DNA of 64,000 nt from the human T2T-CHM13v2.0 reference genome, Homo sapiens. The notes beneath the pieces were generated by a model. It was not told the DNA's origin. It ran no database searches and saw nothing but the letters and a program-made list of their open reading frames with translations. Of this stretch, positions 29,625-42,052 are shown piece after piece; position 1 is the first letter of the stretch; every line of letters starts with the position of its first letter. The DNA lies in NCBI RefSeq assembly GCF_009914755.1, contig NC_060926.1; one strand, given 5' to 3'. The position numbers and the translations under genes were made by a program.

Positions 29625-29790
29625 CTGCTGGCCCAACCAGCAGAGAATCATGAAGAGCTTTCCGCCCGGCAACATATTGCCGACCAGCTGGAGCGGCGCT
29701 TCATACCACGCCCTTTGTGTAAGAGCTCGCTCATTGCTGAGTTCAACAGTGAACTAAAAATTCTAAAAGAGGCAGTTCATAGTGGATCAG
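29625..29790 (+). CDS. UNC80: UNC80 coding exon (166 nt): LLAQPAENHEELSARQHIADQLERRFIPRPLCKSSLIAEFNSELKILKEAVHSGS(A)
   Basis: Acceptor gccttcctttcag, donor CAG|gtgagt; ORF 29610..29804. Confidence 0.95.
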
Positions 29791-31240
29791 GTGAGTGTGC
29801 ATGAGAGTGTTGTGAATTTGTTTGACTAATGGAACTCACAGCCTACAAAGAATCCCTCTGTCCAGGTCACCACACTTTTTGGAACTATGAATATGTTAGC
29901 CATTTTGGTACACTGTTAGATTTGACCATTTCTAATAAGTTAGCCATTTGACCACCACTAGATTTGACTTCCTCTTTTGTCAGTAACAAAATAGAAATCA
30001 AAAGGATATCATAAGAATTTAGTTTTCCTTTTCTATATATTTTTTAATCTTCATTTTAGTAGTTAATCTCTTTCTTGAGTATTTAATTGGAAGAAAAATG
30101 GTTTAAATCATTACCTTTATTTCCTTTTGGAAAAAGAGAAGGGGGACATTCATTTATTGAGCTTCTATTTTATGGTAGATTATTTCCTTTAATCTATACA
30201 AATACCTTCAAGGTATATAATTGAAAGTCCCTGTAAAAAATGAGGAAACAGACACAGTAGAAAATAGATAAATAATTTACAAGTAAATAACTTACTACTG
30301 TCACATAGAAAGTGATTATTGTAAGGGGATTTTTCAGCCAGATCTCTGTGATTGATTTATAAAGCCTTTAACTTTAACTTTTCACACATTGGAAGGGGAA
30401 GGATTCCCTTAGAGCTGGCAAACTAGGAGGTACTTTCTTTACATTATTCTAAAGGTATTCTTTGAGAGTACATTGCTTTCTTTCTTATAACTATGTATTA
30501 GCAGCAAATTACTGAGGAAGGAAAATAAATCATTATTTGCCATTAGAGGGCAGTCATTACCCACAAGTAAAATGTAATATGTGATAGGTTTTCTTTTTTG
30601 TGGGAGGGAAGGGTTATTTGCTTTCTTTTGAAAGCTTTTATTGTTCTTTGCAGACAATGTGGTAAAAACAAAAAATTGACAGGTATAATCCTGGTGAAGT
30701 TTACACATTATCATTCAAATATTCTACTTTGTAATAAAATAACCTGACATAGAACTGAGGGATATTTTATAGGTTGTAATTTCCAGAAAATGAGAATAAG
30801 AACAGTTTTGATTATGCATCGCGGGGTTCACATCAGACAACTTATTTATTACTTTGATATGCTTGTGTCAGATAAGATATATTTCTTAGTAAAAATTGCC
30901 AAGTTGGAAGCTACAATTCAGGTCAAATTTAATTTGCATCCTACCAACCTTGGAAAATAAAATAGAAAACCAATAAGAAAGGCAACAATGTCAAAGCATT
31001 TAATATTGTTACAGATGTTATGTTCTGGCAAGGGAACTATTTAATTATATCAGTGGCCAATATTGATTCTTTAAAATAAAAAATCCCCACTTTCATTTGC
31101 AACTTTGTTATAAAGATCATTTGTCTGGGACACATTATTTAACTAACCTTTCCTAAAAAATACAAGTGGTCAGGGAGGACTTTGAAGTGGACATTTAAGA
31201 TTCTCACCATGCATTTCCTTTGGTCTCTCGCATCCTCTAG

Positions 31241-31420
31241 CCTACCAAGGCAAGACATCCATCAGTACCGTGGGCACCTCCACCTCTGCTTACCGCCTGA
31301 GCTTGGCCACCATGTCCCGCTCTAACACGGGCACGGGCACTGTCTGGGAGCAGGACAGTGAGCCATCCCAGCAGGCTTCGCAGGACACCCTGAGTCGGAC
31401 TGATGAGGAAGATGAGGAAA
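31241..31420 (+). CDS. UNC80: UNC80 coding exon (180 nt): YQGKTSISTVGTSTSAYRLSLATMSRSNTGTGTVWEQDSEPSQQASQDTLSRTDEEDEE(N)
   Basis: Acceptor catcctctag, donor AAA|gtaggt; ORF 31270..31518. Confidence 0.94.
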
Positions 31421-31623
31421 GTAGGTCATTCCAGAGAATCTGGGCAGTAGACATGGCCTGGCCATACGAGCAGGGGCTTGGGAAGGATTACTGCCCTTCT
31501 GACCTTTTCCGCTTCTGATCCCCTAGTCATTTTTACAAAAGGAGTTCTAGGGGAAATGTGACTGATTCCATGATTCCTAATGCCTGCATTTCTATAAATT
31601 CCTTGATACCCTTTGGTCATTTA

Positions 31624-31978
<355 letters not shown>

Positions 31979-34007
31979 CTAAAAACTCCTAAATTTTCTT
32001 TAAACCTATATAGTCAACTTTTTCCACTAACTCCCATTTAAATTGTGGATAACTAACCAAGGAAAGCACTTATTCTCCTTTTTCCTGGACATCTTGCTTA
32101 GAGGGTTGATTGGAACTTAAATGGCCTCATTAAGCAAGGAAAAGTGAGCCGTGTATATGCCTAGGACTCAGAAAAGACCAGTTGGCTCTACCAGCCGGTA
32201 TGTAAACCAGCAGGCTGTCTTGAGGGAAAGTACTCCAAATTTGAGTTAAGAGAATCCCCAGTGACTAGGTCAGCCCAGAAACTTCTAAGGCATGTGCTAG
32301 AGATTTGGTGTTATGACATGAGGAGAAATACTACATATGTATGCTTCACAGGAGGTTATAAAAAGTAAAATTAGGGTGAAAGATTCCATTAAAATGCTAC
32401 TGTCATTTCAGGGGTCTTAATATTGCATTAATTATTTTCCACTTGTGTGTTAAGATACTCTGATATAACGTTTATAGCAAAGTTGTGTTGTCAATGCCAT
32501 ATGAATGAGAACAAAATTTAGATCTTCACTCAGAGGCTCTCCATACCAAACAACAACAAAAAGCTCTACTCTGAACTAAATTAAGTAGAAGAAACGAGAG
32601 TTGAGGTTAGAATTTTAATTAACTAAGATGAATAAAAGTGTTTTAATGTCCTACAACAGTTGGGAATGTAAGAGAAGAGAAAAAATAAATGCTTTGTCAG
32701 TACTTACCAGTAATATTTGCAGTTAGCTTCAGCATTGGTCAGACAAGGGAAAAATCATATTGTCCTGTGCCTGGCCTATAGACACATTTCTGTCTAAATC
32801 ACCCTGGTGACTGCTCATGAAAATACACCTAAAGTTGTAATTAGGGAAATCTTGACTGAGAAAACACCATGAAAGAGAAAAGGATCAGCAGTTTAAATAT
32901 CCATTAAGTATGGGTAAAACTTAAAGAAAATCAATTTTTTCTTTAATGCTTGAAGTAGCCTCTCCCAGCAATTCTTATTAATTATAGGAAATGATATCAC
33001 CTATTTTTGTAGAGCTAAATATATTTTGCAGGTAACCTTATAAATAATAGATGACCTAACCTGTAGGAAGGAGCAAGGAAAGAAAAGTAAGTAAGACTTA
33101 AACAGGGATATCACTGGCCAAAAGCCAACACTAACATACTGATGAGGCAGCAGGGGGACTGGGGAGCCATGCAATTTTTTGCTTATATCTCTGATCACAG
33201 ACATCGTAACCATCCCAATGAAAGCAAGATTGCTAACAAATGGTATTGTGTGTTTGTGATATGGGTGTGTAGTAATTTAAATAGGGAGGGGTATGAAAAC
33301 CAGATTGTTGTTTTGAATTAAACTTTCTTACATTCAATAATCAGACTTGTATTAAGGCCTATCGGGTATAAGATAAGGAAGAAGGAAGTATGAGAAAGAT
33401 ACATTCTCTGCTTTCTAAGATCTTATAATAGATATAGTTATGTAGAGGAGATGAGAGACATTTACAATAAAGAACACCTAACAAAAGAGTTACTGGTAGA
33501 CAGCACATGATTCATCACCAAACAAATACTGGGGACATAAGTGTTAAGTGATATGTGAATACAAATAAGGGGGAATAATCAATAGGATTTGGGAAAGGGC
33601 TCTGTAGAAATAGCTGAATCTATCCTACCACATTTTTTATATTTTTAAGACACATTTGTTTATTCTCTTTCCTGTGGACATATCTAAAAAGAAAATATCA
33701 TTCTATAACAAGAATCAATTTTAAGTCAGTGATTATATAGCAAATTAAAATTGCTAGCACGTTTTATATTCACCTTTTGATTTGAAATAAGTTCAATTAG
33801 AAATATGATTACTTTGATATTTTAAATAAATAGTATCAGATGGTCTTACACAGTAGCACACATTCTCCAAAACTCAATATGTTTATCAAAGAATATTAGT
33901 GTTCATCAACAAACAACATTATCTCATTTAGAATTAAGTCACTTTGTCATAGATACTGTGCTAAAGTTAATTTTCATATGAATTTGAATACATTAATTTC
34001 TGCTTCT

Positions 34008-34328
34008 CGCTGGGCACGGTGGCTCATGCCTGTAATCCCAGCACTTTGGGAGGCCGAGGCGGGTGGATCACCTGAGGTCAGGAGTTCAAGACCAGCCTGG
34101 CCAACATGATGAAATCCCATCTCTACTAAAAATACAAAAACTAGCTGAGTGTGTTGGTGTGCACCTCCAGTCCCAGCTACTCTGGAGGCTGAGGCATGGG
34201 AACCACTTGAACCTGGGAGGCGGAGGTTCAGTGAGCCAAGATCGCGCCAATGCGCTCCAGCCTGGGCAACAGAGCGAGCCTCTGTCTCAAAAACAAAAAA
34301 CAAACAAACCAAAACAAAACAAAAAAAA
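34008..34328 (+). mobile_element. Alu (AluS-like) with TSD
   Basis: TSD TCTGCTTCT at 33999-34007 and 34330-34338. Confidence 0.95.
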
Positions 34329-34890
34329 CTCTGCTTCTATGGAGAAAACAAAATCACATACTTAAATTTTAAAATTTCGGTTAAAATCAGCATTTATTTC
34401 TTAACTTTATAGCTTTCAAATATTTTTCCTAAAAATATCTGAAATTGTCTTTCCCTCAGCAGTCTAGAAATTATTAACTGTACTGAATGTGGTTTTTGAA
34501 TGTCAAGGAAATGTATTTGATTCATTCAATAACAAAGTCTCCTGAAGTATTTATGGAATGTTTTTAAAAAATTATGTGCTAGCTTTTCTCAAATCTTAAA
34601 TTTGCTGATGCCTGTTCACTTTCACAAATAATCTACTTGTAAAAATTTACATTTATTTCATGAAGGATGTTCTAGTGTGGAAGGGTGGGAGATGTATAGA
34701 CGCGAAGAATTATCATTACCCCCAAAGGTCTAAGTTTTTTTATCTGTATGAAGGGACCAATGATAATTTAGATTTACACACAGCCCTAAGTTGTACACAA
34801 GCCAAGGACAGAACCCAAGTACAGCTTTGGTTGGGTTTTTCTGATCAGTGTCATAGTTTTTGTAACACTCTATTCCTTTGCCCCTTTTAG

Positions 34891-35029
34891 ATGACTCTAT
34901 AAGCATGCCCAGCGTGGTAAGTGAACAAGAAGCTTACCTCCTGAGTGCCATTGGAAGGAGGCGATTCTCCAGCCATGTCTCCAGCATGTCTGTACCTCAG
35001 GCTGAGGTGGGCATGCTACCCAGCCAGAG
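34891..35029 (+). CDS. UNC80: UNC80 coding exon (139 nt): DSISMPSVVSEQEAYLLSAIGRRRFSSHVSSMSVPQAEVGMLPSQ(S)
   Basis: Acceptor cctttgccccttttag, donor GAG|gtaaac; phase 1-2 fits both neighbours. Confidence 0.93.
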
Positions 35030-35654
35030 GTAAACAGCTATGGTTATACTGTACTCTGCATTTGGGGGCAAAGTTAGAAATTCTGAAAATACACTCCTGT
35101 TATTCTACAAAGACAGAAAGAGAAGCAAGCAATGGTAATGTTTTTAGATAGATCATTCCACAAAGGATTTGTCAACTAGGTTCCTGCAGGCAACACTTTG
35201 CAGTTTTCTAAGCCAAGCTAGTAGAAGGGATCCCAATTTCCAAGTATTGTCTCTCCTTAAAAATTTTCCATAGACACATGGTCTTCTTTCTGTTGTCAAA
35301 TGGCATTCTTGTATTTCAGATTTATCATTAGCTAAGCTAATGATGGGTACTTGGCAAGAGTTAGGACCATCTTTATGTTTTTGGTAAAGTTTAGGCTTCT
35401 GATATATTATTAGTATTCAGTTGTAGGTAGTGACACTTAACCAAGCAGAAAAGGATCTATGCCACTGAGTGTGACCTTGGGCAGGTCATTTAACCGTAAT
35501 CCACAGTTCTCCCTCTGTAAAATGAAGAGGTTTGCTAAAATGATCTTTAAGATAACTTCTCATCTATAGTTCTATGATTCCATGACAAAACCCCTTTAAA
35601 TATTTTGTGTGTTCTCTGTCTCTTAAGAATATAAGTAAAAAAAAACTTCCCATG

Positions 35655-35688
<34 letters not shown>

Positions 35689-37572
35689 ATGAAAGTATAA
35701 TGAAAATGATCTCACATGAGTCAAAACATTTATCTTAAGTAGATGAATGTTTTGGAACCAATGATATTTTCACTTTAGGAATTGAGTTTTTCAAGGAATT
35801 GACCTTATGTGATTTTAGTGTGTTGCTTATTTTTAATACCTATAGATTCATTGTAGTACAATTCAGACATGGAAAATAATAAAATTCAGGGCATATTCTG
35901 ATGTTCACATAAAACCAGTTTATATGTAGGAATAATTACCCTGTACCCAAATCCTTTCGCAAATGGTTCGTGAACTACACAGATGAAATAAAATTTGTGA
36001 AATAAAGCCCAAGTTTGGAGAATATCAAAGAATAGGGTAAAATGATAAATCATTAATAAACAAGTTGCATACTTTTTAAGAAGGCAATGTTTTATATAAG
36101 TGCCATTTAATTATTACGAAGATTAATACTATATAAAGGTTTGTATCATTGTAAGAAATTGTTTTACCTACCATTTGGTAATTTTCCTTTGAAAAGAAAG
36201 TCTTATACACAAAAAGTGTGAACAAAATCAAAGCCAAACAATAACATGTCCTAAAAAAGATATAAAGCCACACAAGCAGCTAATATTGGTAGCTATCAGT
36301 GTATTTTTAATTGCTAGCAATGTGCATGGTTCTATGAAGAATATTTTTAAAAATCAATTATTTGAAAGTTTTATTTAAATTATAGAATTGTAGAAATTTC
36401 ATAAAGAGGTTTTTCATTGTTATTTACCTAAAATAACCAGGCCATCAATTTCCTTTTTACATATGCATTAAGGGGTCAAGTTGTTTGCAGGGAGAAAATT
36501 TGTCCTATTATACATATCTTGATTGTACATTTTCTTGATTTCTAGAAATCAAGAAAAAATAATATAGTTAAATAGTTTGGGCTTCATTCATATTTTGGAA
36601 GACTAGCGAAGGTAATAATACTGTCTCTGTACATAAGGGAAAGTGAGTCTTTTCCTAGGGACAGAGGCTGTTTTTATAGTGAACTTTTAGGTGAGCCTCA
36701 ATTCTTTGGGGCCAGGCACTCCAGTTTTCTAAATGGTTTAGTTCTCTCCAATTTAACGAGTATTTATTGCCTCACAGATGCTTAGCTCAATGCTAGGCAC
36801 TGAAGGAAGGACAGATAAAGCATGACAGTTTCTGTTCACAAATCTCAGTTCAGCTACATACATATCAATCAATCGATAAACAATTTAATTATTCTCTCAC
36901 CAACCTGACAGGTTTCTTCTTTTGGCATTTACAATTCAGTCACTAGAGGATGGAGAGTAAGGAGGTAAATGCGAGTTCCATGTGAATTTTCTAAGATATC
37001 TTCCTTCCGTTTGTTTACTTGCATTTTCACTGCAAAATTAGCAGGGAAAGTTGTGTTCTTTCTTTACTTTTCTTAATGGCATCAGTTCCAAGAGCTTGGT
37101 TGTGGCAGTTCATGGTAAGTGGTTTCTGTGTGCTAATGTTAGAATGCACAAGAAAGAAGCAGGGTCCTGGTCAATGAAACACCATGTACATAAGACAGGT
37201 TAAAAATAATCACCACCTAGCCAAATGGTTACCAAAGGAAATGGTAGTTTCATCTTCTACAGATTCATTCTGCAACGTGTTTCAGAGCCTATGGGCCCAT
37301 TCGGAGTTCATTTTAACTCTTGACCAATAAATAGGTTACTCCTCTGAGAGTTGTATCCATCCAAAGCCCTTCCTCCCCCATTGCCTTGAGTCCTATGTCT
37401 TGACAAACCCAGCACAAGGTGAAATGGTTGACTGTCTCCTTTTCCTTCCTTGTTCGGTTAAATCTATTTATTTTTGGTTCTTGGAAGCAGAAAATTGCAT
37501 GCCTTTTTTCTTTTTTCTTTTTTTTTTTCATTTTCTTTCCCTAAATGCTTCATCTCCCTACCCCTCCTGCAG

Positions 37573-37629
37573 TGAACCTAATGTCCTCGATGACTCCCAG
37601 GGCCTGGCCGCCGAGGGCAGCCTCTCTAG
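37573..37629 (+). CDS. UNC80: UNC80 small symmetric coding exon (57 nt): EPNVLDDSQGLAAEGSLS(R); likely alternatively spliced
   Basis: Acceptor ccctacccctcctgcag, donor TAG|gtacag; phase 2-2; inside ORF 37400..37678. Confidence 0.88.
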
Positions 37630-40600
37630 GTACAGTGTCAATGCTACCTGTCTATTGGTGTCTGTGCTGGGAAACTAGCTGTTCCCTGTCTCCTCTGTCT
37701 CTCTGTCTTCTCTGTCTCTTCTCACCCCGTCTTAATATCTATTTCCATTCCTTGCCCTTTGTTGTTCATGAACATATGAGCCTGGAAGTCAAAGGTGTAG
37801 CAAACCCTCCTTCATTTTCAGCTTCAGAGCTCAATGTCAATCAAGTAAGCCTGAAAAGCTTACTTTAAAAAAATTATAGAATTCTTTATGGGGCATTTCC
37901 CACGGATGTCTAAAAAGTCTGGTATGCCAAATGTTAAATTTATCCCATCTAATTATTCCCTCCCACACTGATATTTATTAAGAATTGTTTTTCAGAGGCC
38001 CTTTAATACATCATCAAGAAGCCCCTTATTAAATCAAGACAGGTCTTTTAGCTAATACCATTGATTGTAAGAAAATAGACAATGATGTTATAAAAAGAAT
38101 AGTAATGTGGATACAATTTATATACTATAATTCCTTCTCTTTGATGCATGCTATTGGGCAGACTTCTATAGTAGCTTGTTGCAGCAACACTTATACAAAG
38201 AATGTCTGTTCTAGCACAAAGGTGACTCCAAAACTTGCATGAAATATCAGACACAAACAGTTCTTGGTAAGTAAGAGAAATCTTATGATGCAAATAATGT
38301 AATGTCTTGGCTATTGGTTTAAAGCTTCAGAAAAGGGGACTGCACCTTTAACACTCAGATAAACCACGTCAAACATTCCTAATCTTGTGCTGTTGATTCA
38401 CACCTCTCAACTAATCCTCATTAGGGGTAAGGCTTCTTGTTCATCCTTAGAGTATCTTTGTGCCATCTCAAGAGATAACATTCCCTTTCAGGTTTGCACT
38501 ATCTAGTGAGTACAATACACCCGTGTTTATTGCTTTATCACAAAGATGAGGAAATGTTGAGAGGCTGTTCCTGTGAAAGGTTGTCTTTTGTTTTCTTTGC
38601 ATCTTGTTCAGATTTCACATTTTCTTTTGCAATTGAAAATGGGAAATTTAGTCCATCATCGGGTGTATTTTTTTTTTAACCAGACCCATAATTCATGACA
38701 TTCGTGTTTGCCAGCCCTTGCCTTGACAGATCAGTCTCTTATTGGTGGTAAATGTGGAAGTGCTGCAGAATGCAGACTTAATTCCATTAGCAGGAGCTTT
38801 GGGGGCAAGGAGGAAGTTGAGAAACAAAACAGTCCTCAAGAGGGCTTCCCTTTATTCACGGTGTTGGAAGAGATCTGAACCAAGTCTAGCAGAGTGTTCA
38901 TTCTTTCAAAGAAAGCAGGTATTTAATGTTTAAAATTACATGTGTGATGGGAACCTTGATTAGAAGACAATTTCAGTGGCCTACTGAGAGTAGAGAGTAT
39001 TGAATCAGACTTCCACTTAGCTAGCTTTGTGCTGGGGCTTTTCTAATTAGGCCAAATTCTACTCTTGATGAGTAAGGATTGGTGAGAGAAGGCAGGAGTT
39101 TGAGATTGTTTTTATGAACTCTCCCAAGTATTTGGCCCTCTCTGGTAGGCTCAGGGTTCAGAGGACCTATTTGTAGTTTTCTAAACCAATTCAGTGTGTC
39201 CTGGTTCCAGTGTCAATGGAAATATACACAAAGTTTTTGGTAGGTGAGACTGGTTCAGAGCCAAAGCTATTGATTTGTCTACAGCTGAATTAGTCAGTCA
39301 TGGTAGTACTTTGATGACTGTCTTAGATCAACTGCCGTTGATCCGTTGTTTCTGTGACCATTGTGTTTTAGTTCTGGGTGTGAGTCACCCAGACCCAGTT
39401 GTGGTCATTAAGAAATGGGAAGATGAGGCATTCACTTTGGCTTCTGAAATAATTCTAATAGCACAGAGGCTTTCTACCAACCAGTAGCACATCCACCTTT
39501 GCCATACCCTGCAAATTGTATCTCTTGAACTACATCACGTCACCAAGTTCTCTTTGGAGGAGAGGAACTTTTGGCATTTACTAGGAGGTTGGTTTACAAA
39601 ATAGGATATATACTTTTTATATTTAGTTTCCAGACTTTCTTATTTTTGGCATGAACTTCCTTTAAGCTGCAGACTCTTAAAATCCTGAAGTAGTAAGGCA
39701 TTAACCAGGTAATGACGCTTAACATACACTCCAACACTGAGGACCTAAAATACACCCAAAGTAGTCCTGATGAAAATCTGGCCTTAAAGCTTAGAGAATA
39801 TCAGGAAGCATATCTAAGGGAAAATAATAAACTCTGCTGCTCCCATGCTCTTACAACATTTTACCAAACTTGCATGAGAATTTCCTTTTGAAAGGACATT
39901 TGTTTTAGACAAAAGGGGTAAGTTGGATGGAGTGGGCTAAATAAGGAAGAGACCAAGATAACCTGATGAATAGGTGGAAATCAATAAAAATTTGCCATAC
40001 CTATAGAAAATTACTTCTAGGATTTTTTTTTAAATGTGCTAACTGGTTTCTTTTAGATTCATCCCCAGAAATAGCCTATTAGAAACACTATGCTTTGCAG
40101 AAAAGATTCTTTGTATTGGAAATTAATAAGATGAAATCATATTCCATGGGAGAATTCTCTTCTCTAGAGACTGTTGCTCTTAGAGATATAGAAATTCATT
40201 GTAGATGTTCCTTCTCTGTCTCTGCCGTGAAACACGCACACATATCCATGGACATGTTTTCTCTCCAGAAGAATAGAGACATACAGAGGCTATTCAAGAA
40301 CTTATGGCCAGATGTTTACACCAAAGAATTAGATTTTGGTTGGACATGTTAGAACATTTTGAAAGGCAGAAATTGACAGTCAACTCTAATTTTTTTTTAA
40401 AAAAAGATTATAATGCTACTTGAATTTGCAAGGATACTTTTAATCACAGTGAAAAATAAAAATGTTTGAACAAGACTATATAGTCTAGGTGAAAAGAAAG
40501 AAAAATAACCTATATAGTGGAACCCATCTCATGATTATACACACTTTCAAAGCATAAAAACTTGGCAAGTACTCTCAAAATACCAAAAAATAAAAAAAAA

Positions 40601-41745
40601 TAAAAAAACCTTTTTAAGTAGCTGAGAATTAATGACTAAGAAAATATGTTGTGATACACAGATATCTACTTTGCCATTGCTAAATCAATTCTCACAGGAT
40701 ATCTAAGATCCAGATTATTCCCCCTTTCAATGTGATTTTTAGCCTGTAATCTCTAAATTATGTGGCACTTAAGATATAGTTTCTCAGATGTTGTTGAGGT
40801 TAAGTAAATTTTAAACAATAATCTTTTATTGAGAAAAGGGGAAGTAGGATTTAGTCTACTGCGTATTTCCCTGCTCTCTACAGATACCTTATCGCTCCCG
40901 TGAAGTGCTGGCTTCATGCATTCCTATCACAAGGCAATCACTCAGGGTAAACGATGATGCTGCATGTCTTTTGTGCCACCTCTACATTTCTCTAAACCAT
41001 ATTAAAATTGAAACCAAAAGCACAGATAAAAGCAATGAAAATATGAATTCACTTTTCCATGTGCTGGTCTCACCTAGTGCTTCTACTTAAATTTTTAATT
41101 TATGGGAAATATACTTCAATCTATAATTTTTTTGTAATTTTGAAATGAGCGATATGAATTTTTATTGCATTATTGAATGGCCCTTGTTTACCTATCCTTT
41201 ATACCTTATTTATAAAGTGCATCCTTTATAAAGGATGAAGTGTATATAGTGCATAAAAGATATACTTTATAAAATATATCCTTTATGCACTATATGCCTC
41301 CATAGTATCAGGTATATATTTCATTAGGAGATGCATACATATTTATATACTGCAATCCAGGCCATTATACTGATATAGGAGAGAAGAGGTCATCTATGTC
41401 AGAATTGTTTTCCTAACATTCTCTAAATTTCCCTAGCTTATAAATTACTTCCTTGCATTTCAAAAAAGATGCTTTTGGTTTTTGTAGATAATATGGGTCA
41501 CACCAGTTCTGCTGAGCCCCAGTTGCATTTACTTCTCTAAGACCTAGATTATATGGTTTACCATAGTGATATTTTTCATTGACTCAAAAATATAAGAGAT
41601 TATTTACTCCTAAATATATCGTAAGATGTTAGCTTCAATTTAGAAAACTTTATTTGCTTATATCCTTATTGTTCCACCTTATTACTTGGCCAAAACTATG
41701 GAAATCAGTCATATCTCATTCCCAAGATTAAAAATTTTAGGAAAC

Positions 41746-42052
41746 CTGACTGGGCACCGTGGCTCATGCCTGTAATTCCACCACTTTGGGAGGCCGAGGC
41801 AGGCAGATTGCTTGAGGCCAGGAGTTTGAGACCAGCCTGGATAACATGGTGAAACCCTGTGTCTACAAAAAATACCAAAAAAAAAAAAAAAGTATTCAGG
41901 TGTGGTGGCACATATCTGTAATCTCAGCTTCTTAGGAGGCTGAGGCATGAGAATTGCTTGAACGCAGGAGGTGGAGGATTCAGTGAGCCAAGATAGTGCC
42001 ACTTCACTCCAGCCTGGGCAACAGAGCAAGACTCTGTCTCAAAAAAAAAAAA
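41746..42052 (+). mobile_element. Alu
   Basis: Dimeric Alu with poly-A tail. Confidence 0.93.
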
